NCBI GenBank assembly: GCA_019247335.1
Contig: JAFAPB010000084.1
Coordinates: 1 to 36,591, forward strand
DNA from: Candidatus Kaiserbacteria bacterium
Lineage (GTDB): Bacteria > Patescibacteriota > Minisyncoccia > Phycocordibacterales > UBA2100
Direction of reading: 5' to 3'
Length of the DNA stretch: 36,591 nt
Shown here piece by piece: positions 27,683 through 35,022 of this stretch. The notes under the pieces are model-generated. The model did not search any database, had not been told where the DNA came from, and worked only from the letters and a program-made list of their open reading frames with translations. The translations under genes and the position numbers were made by a program. The stretch's first letter is position 1, and every line of letters starts with the position of its first letter.

Positions 27683-28684
27683 TCAGTTGATCTCGATATC
27701 GATGTGGCGAATAGACGGATACGCCTCTCGGATCTTCTCTTCGATCTCATCGATCTTCTTGCCCATGAGGCGCGGAATACGGTCCGCATATTCGACGCAG
27801 AACTTTTTGAATTCCTCATAGTCGTTGCGGATCTCGTCGAACTGCGAGCGGAGGCCTTCCTGCTGATACTGTTCGTCGAGGAGCGACGAGCCGTTGAACT
27901 CGACTTCACACTTGATGCGGTGCTCACCGATGCCGATCACCGTCGATTTGAAATCGATCACGCGTTCGATTGAAGGCTCTTTCTTCAGGATCTCAAGGAT
28001 CGCCTCTTTCTCCCACTCCGGGATCGCGCGACCGATGAGGTAGACGCGATTTTTCATAATGAGGATCACGGCGGCGACGGCAAGTAGGATGCCGATCAGG
28101 ATTGAGCCCGCCGCGTCCCACATGGTGTTCTGCGTCACATATGAAAACGCGATCGCAATGCTGGCGATCAAGACGCCGATGACCGCGATGCCGTCTTCAA
28201 GGCAGACTGCGAGTGTCGAGGGGTCCGCCCGATCGAGCCGGTCCCACCACGAGAGGTCGGGGTAGGCGCGCACGAGTTCGCGTGTCGCGACGCGGAAAGT
28301 CCAGAATTCGATTACGAAGGAAACGAAGAGCACGAGAAAAGCATAAAAATCGATGGCGACGCTCTCGGGATAGAGGAGCGCATGCAGTCCGCGCCAGATC
28401 GTGATGCCCGCGCCGACGAAGAAAATCCCGCACGCGGAAATCACCGCCCAGAAGAAGCGTTCGGAGCCGTAGCCATAATTGAATTCCCCCTCTGGTTTTT
28501 TGCGTGATCGCCACACGCCGATCAAAAGCAGTGACTGATTGAGCGTGTCGGCGAAGGAGTGCACTGCCTCGGAGAACATCGCGCTCGATCCCGAAAAAGC
28601 CGCGACGATCGCTTTGATGATGGTGACCACAATGTTGCCGAGGAGCGCGAGCGCGACCGGCACGGAACCCTTCGGTTGCGACAT
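27683..28684 (-). CDS. Cation diffusion facilitator (CDF) transporter
   Basis: SGSSAMFSEAVHSFADT.NQ, YGYG.ERF, EDG, WDA.GSI.IG. Confidence 0.92.
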   Translation of the reverse strand: MSQPKGSVPVALALLGNIVVTIIKAIVAAFSGSSAMFSEAVHSFADTLNQSLLLIGVWRSRKKPEGEFNYGYGSERFFWAVISACGIFFVGAGITIWRGLHALLYPESVAIDFYAFLVLFVSFVIEFWTFRVATRELVRAYPDLSWWDRLDRADPSTLAVCLEDGIAVIGVLIASIAIAFSYVTQNTMWDAAGSILIGILLAVAAVILIMKNRVYLIGRAIPEWEKEAILEILKKEPSIERVIDFKSTVIGIGEHRIKCEVEFNGSSLLDEQYQQEGLRSQFDEIRNDYEEFKKFCVEYADRIPRLMGKKIDEIEEKIREAYPSIRHIDIEIN

Positions 28685-28732
28685 CCCGGAACTCTAGCAT
28701 GTGCTTATTGTCGTGGTACAACGGAGCGTACA

Positions 28733-28807
28733 GGAGGTTGGCTATCAATCGCGGCGGTACCGCGATTGATCCGAGCTTACGGTGAGCCGAAGGCTCAGCA
28801 CACCTCC
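28733..28807 (+). ncRNA. Putative structured RNA (multi-stem junction) 5' of tRNA-Ser
   Basis: Closing stem GGAGGT/ACCTCC, 11-bp perfect stem ATCAATCGCGG/CCGCGATTGAT, stem TGAGCC-GAA-GGCTCA; extended -10-like TGGTACAAC just upstream. Confidence 0.4.
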
Positions 28808-28815
28808 GACCGAAG

Positions 28816-28900
28816 GGAGGGGTGGCTGAGCGGTCTAAAGCACCGGTCTTGAAAACCGGCGTGTCGAAAGGCACCGTGAGTTCGAATCTCACCCCCTCCG
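28816..28900 (+). tRNA. tRNA-Ser (TGA)
   Basis: GGAGGGG-TGGCTGAGCGGTCTAAAGC-A-CCGGT-CTTGAAA-ACCGG, long variable arm, GTGAGTTCGAATCTCAC-CCCCTCC-G. Confidence 0.96.
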
Positions 28901-28976
28901 CCCGAAGAAAGAAGTATCGGAGATATGTTGACGGTTAGACCCCCGAGGCGACGCGGGGGCTATCCATACTGCTTCG

Positions 28977-30302
28977 TTACTGCCCAAACACCCACTGAAG
29001 GACTACGTCTTGGCGTGAACGCCCGATGCACACTCCACTCTTGATTGCATAACATTCCACGTAGTGTCTGCCGTTATATGCGGTATTTTCCGGGTCATTC
29101 ATGGTCCCGTGATCAGTGATCTCGCCTCGTGGTTGCTTTGATTTGTTATCGTTCTTTACTTTCCATTTGTACAGGGTTGCTGCCGGAGCGTCATCGCCGC
29201 GTCGAAATTCAATCTGACGATCGACTTCTATCAGGCCGACCGCGTCTAATATTCTGCCCCTAAAGCCCCCATCTCTTGGAAGTACTCGTCCGATCACGGT
29301 AAATTCGTGCTCTACGAGCATCGGTATTCGCGAGTCAAAGAGATATTCTTCGGTGTCGCTGGCTCGCTCATGTTCTCCGGCTTCCAGCAAATCGGATATA
29401 TCCGCGCCGTTCTGGATGTTCTCAAGCTTGATGAGGAAGAAGTCCCTCATACGTTTGATTTGATCCTTCTGTGATTGAGTAAGACCTGAAACGTAGGCAT
29501 CTATTTTCTTGCTAGAGTCAGCGCGGTCAGGGATTTGGGGTTTTTCAATAAGCTCAGGGAGTCCGCAGAAGAAATTGAATACAGCGTCGAATATCTCAAG
29601 TCCAGGTTTTCTCTGGAAATCGCAGGTCACGGCTTGTTCGAGGTGGAAAGATTTTAGCGGAAAATCATCGTCTGCTTCTTTGCATGAAGCTCGCCAGCCC
29701 TTTATAAGCTTTACGGCTTTGCGAAAATCCTCACTGGCCTGATTCACCTGAGTCGCGACACTGATGTACCCGCGCGGATCCGATTTGATCCATGCCATCT
29801 GTCGGGATCCCTTCGACACTTCCGCAACTATGCGGCGTCTATCACTGTGAGATTTTGCGGCTATTTCCGGAACGACATACATATCGCCGCCGAATTCGTT
29901 TCTGCCGGATATGTATGCGGGTACGATATCAACGGAAAAAATCTCTTCGCCCGCATCGCTGAATACGATCGTTATTGAGTGTGTTTGTCGCCCTATTTCT
30001 ACATCGTATTGCGTAGGGTTGTCGTATTCAGATTCGAGGCGCGACTGGAGATCATTCAACGCGTCAGACGGGTCAAATGATGACGCATTCCATGCGCCGA
30101 GGATATAAAGCACATCAAGGTCGTGCAGGGGTGTTATCGATGTGAAGCGAGGATAGGATCCGATCTGAAGGCAGCTGGACTCGCCGAGGACATTCTGGAC
30201 GGATTCATAGACGGTGGATACGAAGTCTCGCTCCCTCGGTGTCGGAGAAAGGTGGTCCCGCACGTAAGAACGGAACAGCTCATTGATGTTACTTTTTTTC
30301 AT
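28977..30302 (-). CDS. cGAS/DncV-like (SMODS/CD-NTase) nucleotidyltransferase with C-terminal AGS-C-like domain
   Basis: Pol-beta motifs QIGSYPRFTSITPLHDLDVL (GS..DxD) and SVDIVPA; SDPRGY, VKLIKGWR, LKSFHLE; C-terminal YKWKVKN..PRGEI..E.TAYNGRHYVECYAIK.GVC matches my recollection of AGS-C. Confidence 0.85.
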   Translation of the reverse strand: MKKSNINELFRSYVRDHLSPTPRERDFVSTVYESVQNVLGESSCLQIGSYPRFTSITPLHDLDVLYILGAWNASSFDPSDALNDLQSRLESEYDNPTQYDVEIGRQTHSITIVFSDAGEEIFSVDIVPAYISGRNEFGGDMYVVPEIAAKSHSDRRRIVAEVSKGSRQMAWIKSDPRGYISVATQVNQASEDFRKAVKLIKGWRASCKEADDDFPLKSFHLEQAVTCDFQRKPGLEIFDAVFNFFCGLPELIEKPQIPDRADSSKKIDAYVSGLTQSQKDQIKRMRDFFLIKLENIQNGADISDLLEAGEHERASDTEEYLFDSRIPMLVEHEFTVIGRVLPRDGGFRGRILDAVGLIEVDRQIEFRRGDDAPAATLYKWKVKNDNKSKQPRGEITDHGTMNDPENTAYNGRHYVECYAIKSGVCIGRSRQDVVLQWVFGQ

Positions 30303-30807
30303 AGCCTGTAGTGATCATGCTGACGACAATATCGTTCAGAAGGCGACCACGAAAATTATTCACTACGACATTGCGCTTTTTTTCGAGCGCATGCATGACA
30401 GGCTGCGGTATGAATCCGTGCTCTTGGGGCGCGTACACGATCAGAGCGGTGCTGTCTTCTTTGTGGGCGAGTATTTTCTCCATGTCGTCGTTATCTTTCC
30501 AGTCGGGCCAGTAGACGAGAAATAGGCTCGCTTGCTCGGCGATCCCGAGATCGCTTTCGCTCGGGATTTTCAGAATGTTAGTGCGGTTGAAGAGTTTGGA
30601 GTCATGCAGCATGTTCTCAAGTCCGATCAGCGCATCGCCTTTAGCGATGATGGCTATTTTGCGCTTCCACAGCCCATTGCCGAGCCGTATAAGGACAGGG
30701 ACGAAGCCACGGAAGCAGAGGACCGTCGCTACAATCGCCGACAGGATAACGATCACCGTGCTTATGTATCCCAGGACGTTCAGTACTTCTAAAATGGTGT
30801 CGAGCAT
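30289..30807 (-). CDS. N-terminal TM plus small Rossmann-like domain; putative CBASS-type effector/partner (NARF-like)
   Basis: Hydrophobic residues ~5-40, then alternating beta/alpha (KIAIIA, LFLVYW, ALIVYAP, NVVVNNFRGRLLNDI); overlaps the CD-NTase start by 14 nt. Confidence 0.65.
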   Translation of the reverse strand: MLDTILEVLNVLGYISTVIVILSAIVATVLCFRGFVPVLIRLGNGLWKRKIAIIAKGDALIGLENMLHDSKLFNRTNILKIPSESDLGIAEQASLFLVYWPDWKDNDDMEKILAHKEDSTALIVYAPQEHGFIPQPVMHALEKKRNVVVNNFRGRLLNDIVVSMITTGYEKK

Positions 30808-30820
30808 AATTCTTAATGGG

Positions 30821-31612
30821 CTAGTTGATATCGGCCGCCACTTTCTCGATCAGCGCACTCAGCGACGCGCGATCCAAAGTGATGATTTTTTTCGTGCCAT
30901 AAGCGAGGTTCAGCTCCTTCATCAAGGTGCGTATGCTTTCGCGGGACTGAGCGAATTTCTTATTCTTCCCGAGGAAGTCCAGCACCGAGATCAGGACGCG
31001 GTTAGAGCGGCCCATGGCGCGTTCAAGGACCTGCTGATAGATATCCTGCGTTGAAAGCAGTACGCGGGTGTAATAGTAAGGATCTTTGTTCTTCAGGTCT
31101 CCGAAAAACTCAGGGTCTGACTCCCATGGTGCGTACGTCAGATGCGCTGCCCACCAAAGACGCGCGATAGCATGGCGGCGCAGATCGCGGTCGTTACCGC
31201 TTATGAACCAGTGTTCGAGTAGATAATTTATCGCCTTTGTCTTTTCCGCCGCATCTTTAAGATCCTTGTACGTTCCGTCGAGTCCCCAGCGTACGAGCGA
31301 ATACTTCCTGAATTCGACGTGGCTGAGATAAACCCAAAGGCGCGGATCCGATGCTTGCGTCTCATCAAGATTGCGATAGTGCTCATAGAGCGTAATCGCA
31401 TTATCTATGTCAGCTGATACGGGGTCGCTCTTCGGAGCTTTTAAGACCGGCGCTTTTGTCTGGAGCACGATAGTGGAAGGCAGAAGCTCTTTTTCTTTGG
31501 CCGGAAAAGATTCTTTGAAGTAGCTCTCAAGGGAAGCACCCGAGCGCAGCTCGTTCCGCATGTGCTCGACTACGTCGCGCCTATATATCTTCTGTGCAAG
31601 AGGTTTAGTCAT
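30821..31612 (-). CDS. DUF6339-like protein
   Basis: D.DNAI.LYE..L...QASD.RLWVYLSH..Y...RW..RHAIARLWWAAHLT; family recognised from memory. Confidence 0.7.
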   Translation of the reverse strand: MTKPLAQKIYRRDVVEHMRNELRSGASLESYFKESFPAKEKELLPSTIVLQTKAPVLKAPKSDPVSADIDNAITLYEHYRNLDETQASDPRLWVYLSHVEFRKYSLVRWGLDGTYKDLKDAAEKTKAINYLLEHWFISGNDRDLRRHAIARLWWAAHLTYAPWESDPEFFGDLKNKDPYYYTRVLLSTQDIYQQVLERAMGRSNRVLISVLDFLGKNKKFAQSRESIRTLMKELNLAYGTKKIITLDRASLSALIEKVAADIN

Positions 31613-32447
31613 AGATTTCATCGTCTGACATGCTGGTAAGCGTATCGATGCCCTTCAGGCTGCGGGTAGCCGGGTTATCGAGTATCCTCTGTGCCGCTTC
31701 GAATTCGTCCTTGTCCTCAAGGCTTTTTGCTTCGAGGATGGCAGCCAGTCGCCCGTACCAATTTGCTCCCTCATAGTCGGTCGAGTTTCTGATCTTGTAG
31801 ATAGCATCTACAAGCGTCGGGAAGACGATAGAGCCGTGCAGGATGCCTTGGGCAGCTTTCTGTCCGCGAACTTCAAGGTAATTTTTCCAGTCCGCCTTGG
31901 AGAGTACGACGGTTATTTTTTCCTGATCGTAATCTATCTGCATCGGCCCCTCATGGTGGAAGCCTTCGGTAATCGACATGAATGACGATACCGGCGGACG
32001 GAGAGGATCGAAGCTCTTCTCTGCGACGAAAGACGAGTATCCTCCGACCGCCAGCACGTCTCCGGCATCTACATCGAACGTCGCGCCTTCGTAATCAGCA
32101 TGCGGTTCTGTCGGCCGGTATCCTTTAATGTCTTGATCAGCGCAGATATAGAATCCGACCGTGACTCTTTCGCGCAGGGACTTTGCCGGTATGGAGAAGC
32201 GCTCGTTGGCGTTGCGCGTAGAAAAGCTCTTGCGGAAGAAAGTGCTTCGGCACTCTACTTCAGCAATGAACGACGCCCTTCCTTTTTTAATCAGCTCCTC
32301 GATGCCTGAATTTTTAAGTCCGAACGTAGGATTGAGGATGACTTCTTCTCTCCCAAGCTCGTATGGAAACTCCACTTTGAAGAATCCTCCGAGGTCGTCC
32401 CCGTTGCCGAGCACAGGATGAGGATATGATTTCGAATTAACCTTCAT
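31605..32447 (-). CDS. Hypothetical protein (N-terminal YPHPVL motif; beta-rich N-half, helical C-half)
   Basis: 280-aa ORF overlapping both neighbours; no catalytic motif recognised. Confidence 0.8.
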   Translation of the reverse strand: MKVNSKSYPHPVLGNGDDLGGFFKVEFPYELGREEVILNPTFGLKNSGIEELIKKGRASFIAEVECRSTFFRKSFSTRNANERFSIPAKSLRERVTVGFYICADQDIKGYRPTEPHADYEGATFDVDAGDVLAVGGYSSFVAEKSFDPLRPPVSSFMSITEGFHHEGPMQIDYDQEKITVVLSKADWKNYLEVRGQKAAQGILHGSIVFPTLVDAIYKIRNSTDYEGANWYGRLAAILEAKSLEDKDEFEAAQRILDNPATRSLKGIDTLTSMSDDEIYD

Positions 32448-34311
32448 AGTTTTCTATTCCGAGCGTGTATTTCCGGCTAGAAGAGAGGCGCACAACGATC
32501 TTAACCGCCTTGCCGCTCTCTATGACAAGCCCCTTGATAAGAGAATCGCCGATTTCGTACCGCTCTCCTGACTTAACATCTGTCGCGGATTCAATCTCTA
32601 TCGGATAACTGCCGTCATCGCCGACCGCGACAAGCCGGATTGCTCCTTCGCAATCTTCGCGCCCGGTGATAGCGAGGAGGTATTCAAGGCCTTTCTTGCT
32701 GCTCTGCGCGAAGCTGCGAAAGCTGATCGATGAAGTGCTGATGCGTGCACCTTCTTTTCCTTCTCCTTCCGGTCCAGTAGCGCGGCCACGTGGTCCCTTA
32801 CCGGGGCCTTCGGGCGGCGTTGGTGTGACTGCGCCTTGCTGCTTGTTTGTAACGACGCTCTTTCTGATAACGGTTTCTATTTCTCCGTTCTCCGCGTCTT
32901 TGTCTGCGCCGATTTCGCGTCCCGATTCCTCGCTGCTCGAAAGCCCCGTCTCTTCATATGCTTCCCCGAGATTCGAGGGGAGATAGTCGCGGTCTTCGCT
33001 GTCTGGTAGGTAGCGGTCCAGACCCGGAATGTCCTGTGGCTCGCTCGTGAGCGAATCTCCCATGCTTTTGAGGGATTTTTTCATAAAGATATCCAGCTCT
33101 CGCAAAGCGACGGGGCCGGTCGCAGCGCGATCCTTATCCCACTTATCGTGCTGCGGGGGTTCCAAATCGCGCAGGAGTTCGTTGCCGCGATCGTTATCGC
33201 ATATCATCACGCCAGCATAGGGTTCTCTGAGCACGCGGTAGGCTTTTTCCTGCACTACCATCTTGGGCTTGCGAGCCATCATGACGCGCCCTGGGTAGCT
33301 GTCGTCTTTGCGGACCCACAAAGTGACTTTTCCTAGATGCTTCAGTTCTTCCTCGAAAGTGCTGCTTGGATTAGTAACTGCTTCGTAGAAGCATCGCGCA
33401 TCCTGCGCGTCGTATTCTTCCAAACACTTGCGCAGGGTGTCTTTTGTGATGCGGATATCCGAGCCGTCGCGCACTATCACCTCCAGCGTGCCGTGGTGTA
33501 TCGCAAGCCAGAAGTTGTCGAGCACTGACCGTATGAGTTTGTGCTCCCAATCTCCTCCGGATTTGTAGCCAAGTACGAAGATGTCGGTGCCTCGCTCTTC
33601 TCGCTTGAACATCTGTGGAACGAGGCTGCTTTTCCGCACAGCGTTGTATCCGTTGATTCCGTAGAAGCCGATTCCGCGACGCACATCGCGCTCGTCATCA
33701 TGATGGCTTACGAGGCGGGCTTTTCCTTGAAAGACCAGTTCGTTCTTGTCGTTGATGCTGGAATAGAAGACTGTGCGCAATGCAGACGCTGCAATCGGAG
33801 CACCTTTGCCGATTCCGAACGAGCCGCCCTTCACTCCTTTGGGAGAGCTGGTGCCCGCGGCTTTGACGAGGCGGTACCAATTGCCGTTAACATCGTCGTC
33901 GGATCCGAAAAGTCCCTTTGTATTGAAATCGCTTATCTTCAGTATCGGTATCGTCTTGCCTTTAAGAAGTGAGATGGCAGCTTTGAAAAATATCTCGGCT
34001 TTCTCTTGTCCTTTTACAAACGCGAGGCAGCGGCTCATGCGGCTAGCAAGCTCTTCATGGCCCGGAATAGTGGAGGTCGGTACAGAAAGCTTTTCGAACA
34101 CCACAGTTACCGGTGTGTCGTAGTCCAGGCGCGCATCGACCGCGTTCTGGATCGCCTCACGGGCTATGAAACGCTCGTGGTCTCCTTGGAAGTATTCAAG
34201 CTGCGAATCTGCGAAGCCGTCGTTCTCTCCGTGATCCGTCGTCGGAAAGTACCAGCACAGCGCGTCTGCGCTCTTTTTCTGCGATGCCGGCGCTTTCTTC
34301 TTTTTAGCCAT
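32437..34311 (-). CDS. GHKL (Hsp90/MutL/MORC/sacsin-like) ATPase-domain protein, 624 aa
   Basis: N-box REAIQNAVDA, G1-like ISDFNTKGL, G2 GSFGIGK, G3 RGTDI; EPPQHDKW; acidic and Pro/Gly-rich linker, then a beta-rich C-terminal domain. Start ATG 34311. Confidence 0.8.
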   Translation of the reverse strand: MAKKKKAPASQKKSADALCWYFPTTDHGENDGFADSQLEYFQGDHERFIAREAIQNAVDARLDYDTPVTVVFEKLSVPTSTIPGHEELASRMSRCLAFVKGQEKAEIFFKAAISLLKGKTIPILKISDFNTKGLFGSDDDVNGNWYRLVKAAGTSSPKGVKGGSFGIGKGAPIAASALRTVFYSSINDKNELVFQGKARLVSHHDDERDVRRGIGFYGINGYNAVRKSSLVPQMFKREERGTDIFVLGYKSGGDWEHKLIRSVLDNFWLAIHHGTLEVIVRDGSDIRITKDTLRKCLEEYDAQDARCFYEAVTNPSSTFEEELKHLGKVTLWVRKDDSYPGRVMMARKPKMVVQEKAYRVLREPYAGVMICDNDRGNELLRDLEPPQHDKWDKDRAATGPVALRELDIFMKKSLKSMGDSLTSEPQDIPGLDRYLPDSEDRDYLPSNLGEAYEETGLSSSEESGREIGADKDAENGEIETVIRKSVVTNKQQGAVTPTPPEGPGKGPRGRATGPEGEGKEGARISTSSISFRSFAQSSKKGLEYLLAITGREDCEGAIRLVAVGDDGSYPIEIESATDVKSGERYEIGDSLIKGLVIESGKAVKIVVRLSSSRKYTLGIENYEG

Positions 34312-34312
34312 A

Positions 34313-34528
34313 TTAAAGTTTGAACTCCTTATCGCGGTTAGGGAAGCTGAACTTCGCTTTGGCCTCGCGCAGCTTCTTCTCCACTTCGGAAAAGATCTTG
34401 GCCACCTCTTCTTCGGTGTAATCATAGTGGCTGCGGTTGCCGCAGTTGCCGAGGATTTTGATCCGGCGAAGGAGTTCGTTGGTCCGCTTCGCAGCCAGCC
34501 TTTTAAAATTATCTCTTCGGTCGTCCAT
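34313..34528 (-). CDS. Small basic helical protein (71 aa), first gene of the operon; possible regulator
   Basis: RRDNFKRLAAKRTNELLRRIKILGNCGNRSHYDYTEEEVAKIF; own promoter upstream; 1-nt gap to the ATPase gene. Confidence 0.8.
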   Translation of the reverse strand: MDDRRDNFKRLAAKRTNELLRRIKILGNCGNRSHYDYTEEEVAKIFSEVEKKLREAKAKFSFPNRDKEFKL

Positions 34529-34537
34529 ATACGTCCG

Positions 34538-34567
34538 AATATATCATAGGCTGTTAAAATATGTCAA
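34538..34567 (-). promoter_or_regulatory. Sigma70 promoter TTGACA-N18-TATATT (extended TG) for the six-gene operon
   Basis: Minus strand TTGACA (34567-34562), TGaTATATT ending at 34538, 9 nt before ATG 34528; AT-rich upstream. Confidence 0.65.
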
Positions 34568-34610
34568 ATAGAGCAATATCTACACAAGAAACGCCTATAT
34601 TGTATTGAAA

Positions 34611-35018
34611 TTAAGGCTTAAGAAAGCGCTGTATTCTCGCTAGAGTCTGCTCGGGCTTTTTTACGAGTTCGTGGCCCCATACGCGCATGACCTTCCAGCC
34701 TTTCCTGCGGAGCGCGCGGCGATTCTTTGTATCTCTCGCGATATTGGATGCGATTTTTTCCCGCCAGTACTCTCTCGGGATTCGCCGACGCCATTGATCA
34801 AACTTGTAACCGTGCCAGAAATCGCCGTCGATGAAGACGGCGATTTTCTTTGAAGGGACCGCGATATCTGGTTTGCCGGGCACCTTGGAATAATGCCGCT
34901 GGAAGTGAATCCTATTCTTTCTGAGATGGGAGAATACTTTTTTCTCTATGCCCGTATTCTTCGCGCGTATGAGCGACATGATTTCGCTCCGCTTTTCCTT
35001 CGTGAATACATCGGCCAT
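34611..35018 (-). CDS. vsr: Very-short-patch repair endonuclease
   Basis: MADVFTKEKRSEIMSLIR..NT..E..PGKPDI..VFIDGDFWHG..W..KI..N..RD..L...GW.V.RVW. Confidence 0.95.
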   Translation of the reverse strand: MADVFTKEKRSEIMSLIRAKNTGIEKKVFSHLRKNRIHFQRHYSKVPGKPDIAVPSKKIAVFIDGDFWHGYKFDQWRRRIPREYWREKIASNIARDTKNRRALRRKGWKVMRVWGHELVKKPEQTLARIQRFLKP

Positions 35019-35022
35019 GGCC

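Noticed and set aside
28197-28892. 231-aa minus-strand ORF
   Set aside because: Spans tRNA-Ser antisense and an alternative frame of the CDF gene.
28733-28900. tRNA-Sec, SRP RNA or intron-containing tRNA interpretation
   Set aside because: The anticodon is TGA (Ser), not TCA; the tRNA is complete without the upstream structure; no SRP GGAA-loop/domain IV motif or T-loop is visible in the upstream element.
28936-28962. CCCCCG/CGGGGG hairpin as an att site
   Set aside because: No duplicate of the tRNA-Ser 3' end was found in the window; more likely a weak terminator between the convergent tRNA and CD-NTase genes.
32740-32960. Pro/Gly- and Glu/Ser-rich stretch in the GHKL gene as a repeat or frameshift
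   Set aside because: The frame is continuous and there are no tandem nucleotide repeats; best read as a disordered linker.
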